A stretch of 64,000 bases of DNA from Calditrichia bacterium (GCA_963777955.1 CAVZSQ010000015.1:96001-160000), one strand, 5' to 3'. Positions 20,079-30,674 are shown, numbered from the stretch's first letter. Program-made: numbers and translations. The notes: generated from the letters alone by a model not told the origin.

Positions 20079-20693
20079 ATGAAGATGAATATGTTCTTTG
20101 TTTTTTTATTGTTAGTAGTTTTACCCCTCTATGCCCAGGAAGAAACCCTGCTGGGCGAAGGGGAAATCACCCACGGTGGATACGGCGGACCGGAGGTAAA
20201 ATTCACCAATATCAATAATCAACTTGGTGTACTGGTGGGCGGACGCGGCGGTTGGATCATCAATCATACCATAGTTCTCGGCGGTGGCGGGTATGGCCTG
20301 GCCAATGCGGTCGATGCAAAAGTTATGGGCCCGCTGGCAGAACCCTACCTGGCTTTCGGATATGGCGGATTTACACTAGAATGGATTATAAAATCGGATA
20401 AACTCGTTCACTTTTCGGTTAACACCCTGATCGGTGGCGGCGGAGCGGGATTCCGCCAGGATCTGGACAACGATAATTCCGAAGACCGCGATGATGCCTG
20501 CCTGGTGATCGAACCCGGGGCCACGGTCGAGTTGAATGTGACTAATTTCATGAGAGCAAGCTTCGGAGCCTCCTATCGTTATGTCAACGGGATAGAAAGC
20601 CGCTATGCCGAAGGCGTAAAATATGATGCAACCTCCGATGAAAGTCTGAGCGGCCCTGCAGTATCGATATTGCTGCGCTTCGGTAAATTCTGA
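20079..20693 (+). CDS. Putative outer-membrane beta-barrel protein
   Basis: Signal peptide ending LYA, Gly-rich amphipathic strands (HGGYGGP, VGGRGGWIIN), C-terminal Phe. Confidence 0.7.
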   Translation: MKMNMFFVFLLLVVLPLYAQEETLLGEGEITHGGYGGPEVKFTNINNQLGVLVGGRGGWIINHTIVLGGGGYGLANAVDAKVMGPLAEPYLAFGYGGFTLEWIIKSDKLVHFSVNTLIGGGGAGFRQDLDNDNSEDRDDACLVIEPGATVELNVTNFMRASFGASYRYVNGIESRYAEGVKYDATSDESLSGPAVSILLRFGKF

Positions 20694-20732
20694 AAGGGGC
20701 AAAAATAAACCTGAATCGGATTAAAAAATAAA

Positions 20733-20761
20733 TTGATTTTAGCGAGATAAAAATTTAAATT
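20733..20761 (+). promoter_or_regulatory. Candidate sigma70 promoter of tRNA-Val/thrS operon
   Basis: TTGATT-17 nt-TAAATT. Confidence 0.5.
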
Positions 20762-20786
20762 TAGTTTCTGTTTTTCAATAGTTTAG

Positions 20787-20861
20787 GGGACGGTAGCTCA
20801 GCCTGGTTAGAGCGCTACGTTGACATCGTAGAGGTCGTGAGTTCAACTCTCTCCCGTCCCA
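20787..20861 (+). tRNA. tRNA-Val(GAC), CCA not encoded
   Basis: Acceptor GGGACGG/CCGTCCC-A, TAGCTCAGCCTGGTTAGAGC D arm, CTACG-TTGACAT-CGTAG anticodon arm, TTCAACT T loop. Confidence 0.96.
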
Positions 20862-20920
20862 CATAAACCACGGGATAACCGTGGTTTGTTGTATGGAACA
20901 CCTGGTAAGAATTAATTAAC

Positions 20921-22855
20921 ATGGTCAAAAAGAATAATAACGTATCGATCCATTTTCCCGACGGGGGCACCGGCGAATTTCCCGCCGGAATCACCGCCGA
21001 AAAAATTGCCGAGGGAATCAGCAGTAAACTGGCCCGGCAGGCTATAGCAGCCAAATTCAATGACCGGATTATCGGGTTGTATGATCCGATCAATGAAGAC
21101 GGTAAGATTCGCATTCTAACCTTCAATGACGATGAGGGCCGTGACGTCTACTGGCACTCCTCGGCACATCTGATGGCCCATGCCGTGAAACGCATCTTCC
21201 CGCAGGCCCAGCTTGGTATCGGTCCGCCGATCGAAGACGGTTTTTATTACGATATCGATCTGGATCATGCCATCACTCCTGAAGATTTCCAGTCGATCGA
21301 AGCGGAAATGGGTAAGATCGTGGACGAGAATATTAATATCACCCGCCAGGAATTGAGCAGGGAACAGGCAATCGATTTGTTTAAAAAACAGGGCGAACAT
21401 CTCAAACTGGATCTGATCTCGGGCATCGATGAAAAACTGAGTACTTACAGTCAGGGTGATTTCACCGATCTGTGCCGCGGTCCGCATCTGCCTTCCACCG
21501 GTAAAATCGGCAAGAATTTCAAACTGCTCTCGGTGGCCGGCGCTTACTGGCATGGCGATGAAAAAAATAAAATGCTGCAACGCTTGTATGCCACGGCTTA
21601 TCCCGATAGCAAGATGCTCAAGGATCATCTGTTCCGTATCGAGGAGGCTAAAAAAAGGGATCACCGCAAGTTGGGACGCGAACTGGATCTCTACTCGATC
21701 CAGGATGATGTCGGCGGGGGATTGATCTTATGGCATCCCAGGGGAGCGATAATCCGCAATGTCATTGAAACTTTCTGGAAAGAAGAACACTTCAAAAACG
21801 GCTATCAACTTGTCTATTCTCCGCATATAGCCAGGCTGCAGCTGTGGGAACGCAGCGGGCACACCGGTTTTTACAAGGAGAACATGTACCAGCCGATCGA
21901 AGTGGAAGAAGTGCCGTATCAACTTAAACCGATGAACTGTCCTTTCCATATCACTATTTACAATTCGCACCTGCGCAGTTACCGCGATCTGCCCTTACGC
22001 TATGCGGAATTGGGTACGGTCTACCGCTATGAGCGTTCCGGCGTACTGCACGGACTGATGCGCGTGCGTGGTTTCACCCAGGATGATGCCCATATCTACT
22101 GCACTGCCGAACAGTTGACCGCCGAGATTCAGCGGACACTGAATTTCAATATGTACATGTTAAGTACTTTTGGTTTTAAGGAATACCAGGTTTTTCTCTC
22201 CACCCGTCCGGAGCATTATGTCGGTACACCGGAAAACTGGGACAAGGCCACCGAAGCCCTGCGCCGGGCCCTGGAACTGAATGGAGTCCAGTATAAGATC
22301 GATCCGGGTGAAGGGGTTTTTTATGGTCCGAAAATTGACGTGAAGATAAAAGATATGCTGGGCCGCTCCTGGCAATGTTCGACCATCCAGGTGGATTTTA
22401 ATCTGCCTGAAAGGTTCGACATACGTTACGTGGGTGAAGATGGCGCTCATCATCAACCAATTATGATTCACCGGGCTCTGCTGGGATCACTGGAAAGATT
22501 TTTTGGCGTAATGATTGAACATTATGCCGGCAATTTTCCGGTGTGGCTGGCGCCGGTGCAAACTATCGTCATGCCCATCACCGAGCGGCACCATCAACGG
22601 GCTGCGGAGATTCATGGCGCCTTACTGGAACAGGGTATCCGTGCCGAACTGGATCAGCGTAACGAAAAGATAAATCTTAAGATCCGTGAGGCGGAATTAC
22701 AGAAAATTCCGTATATGGTGATCGTTGGTGACAAAGAGATCGAAAGCGGCACGGTATCCATCCGCCGCAAGGGCAGTGGGGACCAGGGATCGTCAGGTTT
22801 ACAGGAATTGATCGCCAGGATTACCGCTGAAATTAAGAGTAAGAGTATAAACTAA
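20921..22855 (+). CDS. thrS: Threonine--tRNA ligase
   Basis: WHSSAHLMA, DLCRGPH, RDHRKLG, LKPMNCP, RYERSG, FYGPKID. Confidence 0.99.
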   Translation: MVKKNNNVSIHFPDGGTGEFPAGITAEKIAEGISSKLARQAIAAKFNDRIIGLYDPINEDGKIRILTFNDDEGRDVYWHSSAHLMAHAVKRIFPQAQLGIGPPIEDGFYYDIDLDHAITPEDFQSIEAEMGKIVDENINITRQELSREQAIDLFKKQGEHLKLDLISGIDEKLSTYSQGDFTDLCRGPHLPSTGKIGKNFKLLSVAGAYWHGDEKNKMLQRLYATAYPDSKMLKDHLFRIEEAKKRDHRKLGRELDLYSIQDDVGGGLILWHPRGAIIRNVIETFWKEEHFKNGYQLVYSPHIARLQLWERSGHTGFYKENMYQPIEVEEVPYQLKPMNCPFHITIYNSHLRSYRDLPLRYAELGTVYRYERSGVLHGLMRVRGFTQDDAHIYCTAEQLTAEIQRTLNFNMYMLSTFGFKEYQVFLSTRPEHYVGTPENWDKATEALRRALELNGVQYKIDPGEGVFYGPKIDVKIKDMLGRSWQCSTIQVDFNLPERFDIRYVGEDGAHHQPIMIHRALLGSLERFFGVMIEHYAGNFPVWLAPVQTIVMPITERHHQRAAEIHGALLEQGIRAELDQRNEKINLKIREAELQKIPYMVIVGDKEIESGTVSIRRKGSGDQGSSGLQELIARITAEIKSKSIN

Positions 22856-22872
22856 GATAAAAGGAGTGAACT

Positions 22873-23382
22873 ATTAAACCAGAAAAAATCAGGGTAAATA
22901 ATCAGATCAGAGTGCCTCAGATCAGACTGATCGGTGCAGACAACCAGCAGATAGGTATTGTACCCACCGCCCAGGGCTTGCGTATGGCAGAACAAGAGGG
23001 TTATGATCTGGTTGAAGTTGCCCCGGATGCGGATCCGCCGGTGTGCAAACTTTTGGATTATGGCAAGTACAGATACGAAATCAGCAAGAAAGAAAAAGAC
23101 AGTAAAAAGAAACAGCATGTCATTGTAGTCAAAGAGATCCGTTTCCGGCCCAGAACCGAAGAACATGATTTTGATTTTAAGGTTCGTCATGCCAGAAAAT
23201 TTCTGGAACAGAGAAATAAAGTAAAGTTCACCGTACTGTTCAGAGGCCGTGAAATGGCCTACAAGGAATTTGGCGAAGCGCTGCTGGAAAAAGTCACGAC
23301 CACCCTGAGCGATATTGCCAAAATTGAGGGTGATAAGAAGTTTGAAGGAAGAATATTAACAATGACTATGATTCTAAAATAG
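22873..23382 (+). CDS. infC: Translation initiation factor IF-3 with ATT start codon
   Basis: AAGGAG at 22861-22866, in-frame ATT at 22873 giving (M)[36 protein letters not shown]. Confidence 0.96.
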   Translation: MKPEKIRVNNQIRVPQIRLIGADNQQIGIVPTAQGLRMAEQEGYDLVEVAPDADPPVCKLLDYGKYRYEISKKEKDSKKKQHVIVVKEIRFRPRTEEHDFDFKVRHARKFLEQRNKVKFTVLFRGREMAYKEFGEALLEKVTTTLSDIAKIEGDKKFEGRILTMTMILK

Positions 23383-23402
23383 AAAAGAGGGGAATAACCT
23401 AT

Positions 23403-23597
23403 ATGCCTAAAATGAAATCAAACCGGGGAGCTGCCAAGAGATTCAAGACCAATGCCTCAGGTAAAGTCAAGCGCCACAGTTCCCATCACCGTCATATTCT
23501 GACTAAAAAATCACCCAAGCGGAAACGTAACCTGAGGGCTGAACGTACCGTTTCCCCGGCGGATGAACTTCGCGTACATAAAATGATACTTAAATAA
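23403..23597 (+). CDS. rpmI: 50S ribosomal protein L35
   Basis: [22 protein letters not shown]. Confidence 0.98.
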   Translation: MPKMKSNRGAAKRFKTNASGKVKRHSSHHRHILTKKSPKRKRNLRAERTVSPADELRVHKMILK

Positions 23598-23626
23598 TAA
23601 TTTGCATCGTAAGGAGAGTTGTAGTT

Positions 23627-23974
23627 ATGCCCAGAGCAACAAACAATGCCGCAGCGCGACAGAGAAGAAAAGGTATACTTCATGCGGCCAAGGGATACCG
23701 TCTAAGTAAAAGTCGCCTTTTTAAGACGGCCAGTGATCAGGTACATAAGTCCTGGAGTTATGCCTACCGTGACCGGCGGGCCAAAAAACGGAGTTTCCGG
23801 CGCCTGTGGATCGCCCGGATCAATGCCGCTTGCCGGCTGTCGGGGATGTCCTATTCCGTCTTCATGCATAAATTGAGCGAGAAGAATAACGAATTGAACC
23901 GCAAAGCCCTGGCTGATCTGGCCATCCATGATCCGCAGGGATTCGAAAAAATAGTTAAAGAAGTAAGCAGCTGA
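23627..23974 (+). CDS. rplT: 50S ribosomal protein L20
   Basis: AKGY, YAYRDRR, FRRLWIARINAA, LNRKALADLA. Confidence 0.98.
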   Translation: MPRATNNAAARQRRKGILHAAKGYRLSKSRLFKTASDQVHKSWSYAYRDRRAKKRSFRRLWIARINAACRLSGMSYSVFMHKLSEKNNELNRKALADLAIHDPQGFEKIVKEVSS

Positions 23975-24009
23975 ACGGATTTAAATATCTGAATCTGAAT
24001 ATGATAATG

Positions 24010-24049
24010 GAAGTACGTCTCGACCTGCGTCTCGACGTACTTCTTTTTT
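24010..24049 (+). terminator. Intrinsic terminator between rplT and pheS
   Basis: GAAGTACGTC-14 nt loop-GACGTACTTC followed by a T run. Confidence 0.7.
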
Positions 24050-24064
24050 AATGGTGTAATCGAT

Positions 24065-25072
24065 ATGTATACCCGTGTTACTGAACTTAAAAATAGTTTT
24101 TTGGCCGAGTTGCAGAAAGTTGTTTCCGCTGATCAACTGGAAGAAATCCGGACAAAATATCTGAGCCGCAAGGGGTTGCTGGCTGATTTATTTATTGAAT
24201 TAAAAGATATCGATGCTGAGATCCGGCCGCAGATCGGCAAGGAACTGAACGAGTTAAAGAATTTTCTGCATCAGCACTTCCAGGATTTTTCCAAAAAGTT
24301 AGGAACCGGCCGGAGCGAGGAAAGCAGAATCGATCTGACTTTACCCGGCCGCAGACTTTTCTATGGCCGCAAACACCCGCTCACCCTGGTGCTGGAGCAG
24401 ATTAAATCCATTTTTATGGGTATGGGCTTCCGGGTGGAAGATGGCCCGGAAATTGAAACCGATTATTATAATTTCGAAGCCCTTAATATTCCTAAAAATC
24501 ATCCGGCGCGCAACATGCAGGATACACTATATATCACCGATGATATAGTACTGCGTACTCATACTTCGCCGGTACAGGTGCGGGTGATGGAAGCCCATAA
24601 ACCGCCGATTCGTATTATTGCCCCGGGACGCGTTTACCGCCGGGACACGCCCGATGCCAGTCACTCGCCGTTCTTTCATCAGGTCGAGGGACTGGTGGTG
24701 GATCAGGGGGTCAGTTTTGCCGATCTGAAGGCGGTGATCACTTCCTTCGCCCATAAAATGTTCGGCGCGGATATCAAAGTGCGTTTCCGTCCCAGTTTTT
24801 TCCCGTTCACCGAACCCAGCGCTGAGTATGATATGTTGTGTGCCTCATGCCGGGGCAAAGGTTGCCGGGTTTGCAAACATACCGGCTGGCTGGAAATTTC
24901 CGGGGCAGGTATGGTGGATCCTGAAGTATTTAAAGCGGTGGGGTACGATCCGGAAAAGTACACCGGGTATGCCTTCGGTATGGGTATCGACCGTATCGCC
25001 ATGATTAAATACGAGATCGACGACATCCGTCTTTTCTTTGAAAATGATCTGAGATTTCTGGCCCAATTTTAA
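24065..25072 (+). CDS. pheS: Phenylalanine--tRNA ligase alpha subunit
   Basis: HPARNMQDT, LRTHTSPVQ, FHQVEG, RPSFFPFTEPS, AFGMGIDR. Confidence 0.99.
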   Translation: MYTRVTELKNSFLAELQKVVSADQLEEIRTKYLSRKGLLADLFIELKDIDAEIRPQIGKELNELKNFLHQHFQDFSKKLGTGRSEESRIDLTLPGRRLFYGRKHPLTLVLEQIKSIFMGMGFRVEDGPEIETDYYNFEALNIPKNHPARNMQDTLYITDDIVLRTHTSPVQVRVMEAHKPPIRIIAPGRVYRRDTPDASHSPFFHQVEGLVVDQGVSFADLKAVITSFAHKMFGADIKVRFRPSFFPFTEPSAEYDMLCASCRGKGCRVCKHTGWLEISGAGMVDPEVFKAVGYDPEKYTGYAFGMGIDRIAMIKYEIDDIRLFFENDLRFLAQF

Positions 25073-25099
25073 TATCTAAAACGATAATGGATCTTTAAA

Positions 25100-27477
25100 A
25101 TGCGTGTTTCATTTAAGTGGCTGCAGGAATATGTACAGGTGGATTTGACTCCACAGGAATTGGCCCGCAAACTGACCATGGCCGGCCTGGAAGTGGAAGA
25201 GGTAGAATCTACCTTGCCGGCTTTCAATGGAATTATTGTGGCCAAGGTATTACAGGTCAACAAGCATCCCAATGCCGACCGCCTGTCCATATGTGAAGTT
25301 TCTACCGGCCGGGAAAAATTACAGGTCGTCTGCGGAGCACCTAATGTTGCCGCCGGACAGATCGTGGCTTTTGCACCCGTAGGTGTGTCTCCTGCCCAAC
25401 GGGATCCAGATAAATCAGGTCAAAATCCGCGGTGTGGAATCTTCCGGGATGATTTGTTCCGAAGCCGAATTAGCCATCTCGAGCCGTGCTGATGGTATCT
25501 GGGAGTTGCCGGCAAGTTATAAGGTTGGTCGCGATCTGCATAAGATTCTGGAAAGCAGCCAGGACTATATTCTGGAAATCAATATAACTCCCAACCGGCC
25601 GGATGCCATGAGCATGATCGGTATTGCCAGGGAAGTTGCTGCGCTGACTGCAAAACGCTACCGCTATCCTAAAATTGTGGTCAAAGAAAAAAAGGAAAAA
25701 GCAGCGGACCATATCGGAATTAAAATACGCAGCAAAGGATGTCCGCGTTATTCAGCCCGGATTATCCGGAATGTGAAAATTGCACCCAGCCCCCAATGGC
25801 TGGCCGAAAGGCTGATCGCAGCCGGAATCAGACCCATTAATAACGTAGTTGATATTACCAATTTTGTATTGATGGAATTGGGCCAGCCGTTGCATGCTTT
25901 TGATTTAGCAAAAATTGCCGGTCGTAAAATATTAGTTCGCGATGCCAAACCTCACGAGAAATTCGTAACCCTGGACGGGAAAGAACGCGAACTGCCGTCC
26001 CATACCGTGATGATCTGTGATGCCGAAAAGGCAGTGGCTATAGGTGGAATTATGGGCGGCCTGAACTCGGAAGTTTCAGACAGTACGGTTGATGTGCTGC
26101 TGGAGAGTGCATATTTCAGTCCTGCTTCAATCAGCGTTTCCTCCAGGCAATTGGGCCTCACCTCGGAAGCCTCGCAAAGATTTGAAAGAGGAATCGATCC
26201 GGCCGGTACCACCCGCGCAGCCGACCGGGCGGCAACCCTGCTGGCTGAAATTGCCGGCGGTGAAATTCTACGGGGAACCGTCGATGTTTATCCGCAAAAA
26301 ATAAAAGCGAAAAAAATAACCTTGCGTCCTGCACGGGTGAATTTATTACTGGGTACAGATCTTAATAGCACTACAATCAACAGAATTCTTGGCAAACTGG
26401 AGATCAGGGTAACAGGGCAGACCGCCGTGATTCCCACCTTCCGGCCGGATCTGGAGCGGGAGATTGATCTGATCGAAGAAGTGGCCCGTATCTATGATTT
26501 TGAGAATATCCCGACCAGCAGCCAGATCCCGGTTGTTTATGAGCAGTTGTCCAATCCGGAAGATCAATTCCTTTCGTATCTGAAGAATCAGGTGCGCGAA
26601 TTGGGTCTGACCGAAGTGATCACCAACAGTATGATCGCCAGACGGGATCTGCAGGCGATCGGTGATCAGATTACCGTTACGGTGCGTAATCCGATCAGTG
26701 ATGACATGAATGTCATGCGGCCGTCCATACTGCCCGGTTTGCTGAAAACTGTTTTATATAATCTGAACCGCAATGTGGCGGATATACGGATCTATGAACT
26801 CGGCAGGGTATTCCTGAATTCTGATCCGGGTGATGATAAATGCCCAACCATATTTCCTGAGCGGAGTTATTATTGGAGCAGGGATATTGCCACGCTGGGA
26901 CCGGCAGAGCTTACCTGTTGATTTTTATGATATTAAAGGACTTGTGGAGTCTTTTCTCTCAAAAATATCTCTTGACAATGTTGATTTAATTTTATATGAT
27001 AATCACGTCTATTTTGACCCGGAACAGAGTGTGGCGATTCGCCGGAATGATGAGATCGTGGGATGTTTTGGACGGATCAGAGCAGAAGTAGCCAGGCAGA
27101 TCGGGATCGAAAATACAGTATTTGGATTCGAGTTTAATGTTCAGAAATTATATAAGCAGATTGATCCGGACCGCCGCTACCAACCGTTTTCAAAATTTCC
27201 CTATTCTGAAAAAGATCTGGCTATAGTTGTAGAAAAAAATATCTCTGCTGCTGATATCCGGAAAGTTATTTCGGAAGCAGGGGGAAGTTTGCTGACCTTC
27301 GTTGAAGTTTTTGATGTATATGCCGGGGAGAGTATTGAAAAAACGAAAAAAAGTCTGGCTTTCCGGTTGCGTTTTCAGTCGCTGGAAAGGACTTTAACCG
27401 ATTCTGAAATCAATATTATTTTTAATAAAATTATCAAGGCGACAGCGGAAAAACTGAACGCCAGGTTGCGTGAATAA
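25100..27477 (+). CDS. pheT: Phenylalanine--tRNA ligase beta subunit, two frameshifts (near 25390 and 26835)
   Basis: HPNADRL, VVCGAPN, IRGVESSGMICS, TPNRPD, RPINNVVD, RFERG, DLIEEVAR, FDVY..KSLAFRL. Confidence 0.97.
26972..27000 (+). promoter_or_regulatory. Near-consensus sigma70 promoter inside pheT
   Basis: TTGACA-17 nt-TATGAT. Confidence 0.6.
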
Positions 27478-27485
27478 GAGGTATC

Positions 27486-27767
27486 ATGCAATTAGCACAG
27501 TTCGATAAACTCCAGCAACTGGTCAAGGATAGTGCGGATATCTTAATCCGTTTAAAATTTGAGAATCGCAACCTTAAAAAAGAAAATGAACAGTTAAAAC
27601 AAAAAATTAATACACCGGAATATCACGTCTCTCCGGAAATATCGGAGAAAATAAAAAAATTAGAAAGGGAGAACGACGAACTCCGTGATCGCGAGGTATT
27701 ATTTCGCACCCGGTTGTTAAATCTGTTAACCAGAATCAAATCCCTTTCAGCAGGTGTTGATTCTTAA
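27486..27767 (+). CDS. Coiled-coil protein, ZapB-like
   Basis: Heptad-rich 93 aa protein between pheT and zapA. Confidence 0.7.
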   Translation: MQLAQFDKLQQLVKDSADILIRLKFENRNLKKENEQLKQKINTPEYHVSPEISEKIKKLERENDELRDREVLFRTRLLNLLTRIKSLSAGVDS

Positions 27768-27778
27768 AAGAAGTAAAA

Positions 27779-28066
27779 ATGTCAGCCGATCAAATGAAGG
27801 TAAACATATTTGGCGTTGAATATACATTGAAGGCAGATGAAGATGAAGCCTATGTACAGGAAATTGCTAAATATGTTGATAAAAAAATGCGCGAGATTAA
27901 CAGGTCACAAGCTATCAATTCAAATTTAAAGATTGCTATTTTAGCAGCTCTGAATATAGCCGATGAACTATTTCAGGGTGATAAATATCGGGACCGTATG
28001 GTGCAGCAGATCAACGAAGAGTCCCGAAAATTAAACCGTTCTTTGCAGGAAGCTTTGGACCTGTAA
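27779..28066 (+). CDS. zapA: Cell division protein ZapA
   Basis: VNIFGVEYTL, IAKYVDKKM, AILAALNIADEL. Confidence 0.95.
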   Translation: MSADQMKVNIFGVEYTLKADEDEAYVQEIAKYVDKKMREINRSQAINSNLKIAILAALNIADELFQGDKYRDRMVQQINEESRKLNRSLQEALDL

Positions 28067-28084
28067 CATACTTCTTTAAGCACT

Positions 28085-28250
28085 GCCCTGTATAGGACAG
28101 TGGTGTTTATTATAGAACCAACACCTTAAACTAGGGAACCCGGCTCTGGGCGGCAAATGTAGGCCCCTCGAGTGGAAACGTGACCCGTTCAGGAGGGTAC
28201 CCATTATACTGGTAAACGGTTCATTCAAATAACCCACTGCGATACAGGGC
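28085..28250 (+). ncRNA. ssrS: 6S RNA
   Basis: Rod-like pairing GCCCTGTAT/ATACAGGGC, CAGTGG/CCACTG, GAACC/GGTTC; canonical position between zapA and rny. Confidence 0.85.
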
Positions 28251-28306
28251 TTTTTATTTCCAGTGATGTCGCCTCAGGCCTTGATCGCATGATAAGGAGA
28301 AAGTTC

Positions 28307-29857
28307 GTGACTACTGTCCTACTGATATTTCTTGCCGCTCTGGTCCTTCTGGTTATAGGCTGGATTGCCAATTCCGTTTTTGGTAAAAGATCACTTGCGC
28401 AGGCTAAACAGAAAGTTAAAGTATTACTGGAGAATGCCCGGACTGAAAGTGATAATTTAAAGAAAGAAAAAGTACTGGAAGCAAACGAAGAATTCTATAA
28501 TCTTAAACAACAACTGGAAGAAGAATTCAGGAGCAAGAAGCAAAATTTACAGCAATACGAACAAAAATTAATTGAACGGGATACCACGATTGACCGCAAG
28601 GCAGACTTCATTGCCAAGAAAGAACGGGAATTAAGCGATCAGGAAAAAGAGATTAAATCTGTTGAACAACAGAATCTGGCCAAGCAGGATAAGTTGAACA
28701 AGGTGCTGCATGAACAAAATCTGATGCTGGAAAAAATAGCCGGACTTACTGCTGAAGAGGCCAAAAATATCCTGATGAATAATTTAATCGGTGAAGCCAA
28801 GCAGAATTCAGCGAAAATGATTCATAACCTGATCGAAGAGGCCAAGAAAGACGCCAAACGTAAGGCTCAGGATGTCGTGCTGACCGCCATTCAGCAATCG
28901 GGTATGAACATTACCGTCGAATCGACAGTTTCGACAGTTAAATTGCCGTCGGATGATATGAAAGGACGGATTATCGGCCGTGAAGGGCGTAATATTCGTG
29001 CTTTTGAACTCGTCACCGGGGTTGACGTCATCGTCGACGACACACCGGGATCGATTATCCTCAGCGGCTTTGATCCTCTGCGGCGGGAAATTGCCCGGAT
29101 AATGATGGAACGCCTGGTTACTGATGGACGTATTCATCCCGGCCGCATCGAAGATATATTTGAAAAAGTCAAAAACGAAATGGATGAATATCTCAAGGAT
29201 GTGGGCGAACAGGCTTTACTGGACTGCGGGATACATGGTATGGTACCGGAATTGGCAAAATTGATCGGCAAACTCAGGTTTAAAGTCAGTTCCGGGCAGA
29301 ATGTCCTGCAACATTCCAAAGAAGTTGCGATCATGGCCGGAATTATGGCAGCCGAATTAGGTCTGGATATTAATCTGGCCAAACGTGCCGGTATACTGCA
29401 CGATATCGGCCGCTCAGCCGATCACGTCACCGGCGAAAGCCATGCCGTAATCGGATCGGAGTATGCAAAAAAATTCAACGAACATCCGATTGTGCAGAAT
29501 GCCATCGCAGCTCATCATGGTGAAGTCGAACCGGCCTCTCCCATCGCGGTACTGATCAGTACCGCGAATGAAATCAGCGGCGCCCGTCCAGGAGCAAGAC
29601 GGGAAGCCATCGAAAACTTTATCAAACGTCTGCAGGACATGGAACAGATTGCTTTATCTTTCGACGGCGTGCAGACTGCTTATGCTATCCAGGCCGGGAA
29701 AGAAATACGGATCATGGTGACACCGGAAAAAATTGATGATATAACTCTGAACCAGTTGGCCAGAGATATCGCTAAGAAAATTGAAGAACAAGTCGAATAC
29801 CCCAGCCAGGTTAAAGTTGTGGTTATCAGGGAATTTCGAGGAATTGATTTCGCCTGA
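28307..29857 (+). CDS. rny: Ribonuclease Y
   Basis: N-terminal TM, coiled coil, KH motif MKGRIIGREGRNIR, HD motif LHDIG; GTG start after AAGGAG. Confidence 0.97.
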   Translation: MTTVLLIFLAALVLLVIGWIANSVFGKRSLAQAKQKVKVLLENARTESDNLKKEKVLEANEEFYNLKQQLEEEFRSKKQNLQQYEQKLIERDTTIDRKADFIAKKERELSDQEKEIKSVEQQNLAKQDKLNKVLHEQNLMLEKIAGLTAEEAKNILMNNLIGEAKQNSAKMIHNLIEEAKKDAKRKAQDVVLTAIQQSGMNITVESTVSTVKLPSDDMKGRIIGREGRNIRAFELVTGVDVIVDDTPGSIILSGFDPLRREIARIMMERLVTDGRIHPGRIEDIFEKVKNEMDEYLKDVGEQALLDCGIHGMVPELAKLIGKLRFKVSSGQNVLQHSKEVAIMAGIMAAELGLDINLAKRAGILHDIGRSADHVTGESHAVIGSEYAKKFNEHPIVQNAIAAHHGEVEPASPIAVLISTANEISGARPGARREAIENFIKRLQDMEQIALSFDGVQTAYAIQAGKEIRIMVTPEKIDDITLNQLARDIAKKIEEQVEYPSQVKVVVIREFRGIDFA

Positions 29858-29861
29858 GTAT

Positions 29862-30674
29862 ATGATCCGAGTTTTATTCATTGGAGATATTGTCGGCCAG
29901 GATGGATTAGAACTCACCCTGGATCTGCTGCCGCGTATGCGCCAGGATTTAAAAATTGATTTTACCCTGGCTAATGGCGAGAATCTCGATAAAGGTAAAG
30001 GTGTATCAGAAATATCCGCCCGCAAACTGCTGGATAGCGGTGTACAGGTTATTACTACCGGCAATCATGTCTGGGATGGTAAGGATTCCGAACGCCTGCT
30101 GAATAAATGGAATTGCCTCCTTCGTCCGCATAATTATCCGGAATCAACTCCGGGCTCAGGCATCTTTAAGACAGCGCTGAAGGATAATTTAAAAATTGTC
30201 GCAGTCAATCTGCAGGGACTAAGTTACCTGCAGCCAATCCGTTGCCCCTTTAAGACCATTGATGAAATTCTGGCCGGACAGGGGAGCCTCGGGCCAGCCA
30301 TTTTTATAGTAGATTTTCATGCGGAGTCGACTGCCGAAAAACAGGCGCTGGCCTGGTATGTGGATGGAAAAATTTCGGCTGTTATCGGTACCCATACACA
30401 TGTACAGACTGCCGATGAAAGGATTCTGCCCAGGGGTACAGGTTATATCACCGATGCCGGCATGACCGGTCCCTATGATAGTGTCATCGGCATGGACCGG
30501 GAGGTGGCTATCAAGAGATTTATTGAACACCGCCCTTACTATTACAAAATGGCCGAAGGTAATATCCGGTTCAATGGGGTTTTAATAGAAATAAATGAAC
30601 GGGAATTAAAAACTGTAAAAATAAAACGATTAAATTATTCGAAGGCGGAATATCGTGGAATCAAAACTGATTAA
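29862..30674 (+). CDS. ymdB: YmdB/TIGR00282 metallophosphoesterase
   Basis: FIGDIVG, NGEN, TTGNH, DFHAE, GTHTHVQTAD, TDAGMTG. Confidence 0.95.
   Translation: MIRVLFIGDIVGQDGLELTLDLLPRMRQDLKIDFTLANGENLDKGKGVSEISARKLLDSGVQVITTGNHVWDGKDSERLLNKWNCLLRPHNYPESTPGSGIFKTALKDNLKIVAVNLQGLSYLQPIRCPFKTIDEILAGQGSLGPAIFIVDFHAESTAEKQALAWYVDGKISAVIGTHTHVQTADERILPRGTGYITDAGMTGPYDSVIGMDREVAIKRFIEHRPYYYKMAEGNIRFNGVLIEINERELKTVKIKRLNYSKAEYRGIKTD

Noticed and set aside
20836..20853. U-U mismatch in the tRNA-Val T stem suggesting a pseudo-tRNA
   Set aside because: All other arms and conserved bases are intact; one mismatch is tolerated or could be a base error.
20815..21126. Minus-strand ORF over tRNA-Val and thrS
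   Set aside because: Antisense shadow ORF; the same applies to the many short antisense ORFs over core genes (for example 39511-40119 and 49739-50281).
23975..24064. T-box or pheM-type attenuator before pheS
   Set aside because: The 90 nt gap is too short for a T-box and has no Phe-rich leader peptide; only a terminator-like hairpin is visible.
25100..27477. Programmed frameshifting or pseudogenisation of pheT, folD, purB and miaA
   Set aside because: Too many unrelated essential genes are affected and no shared slippery motif is visible; sequencing error is more parsimonious.
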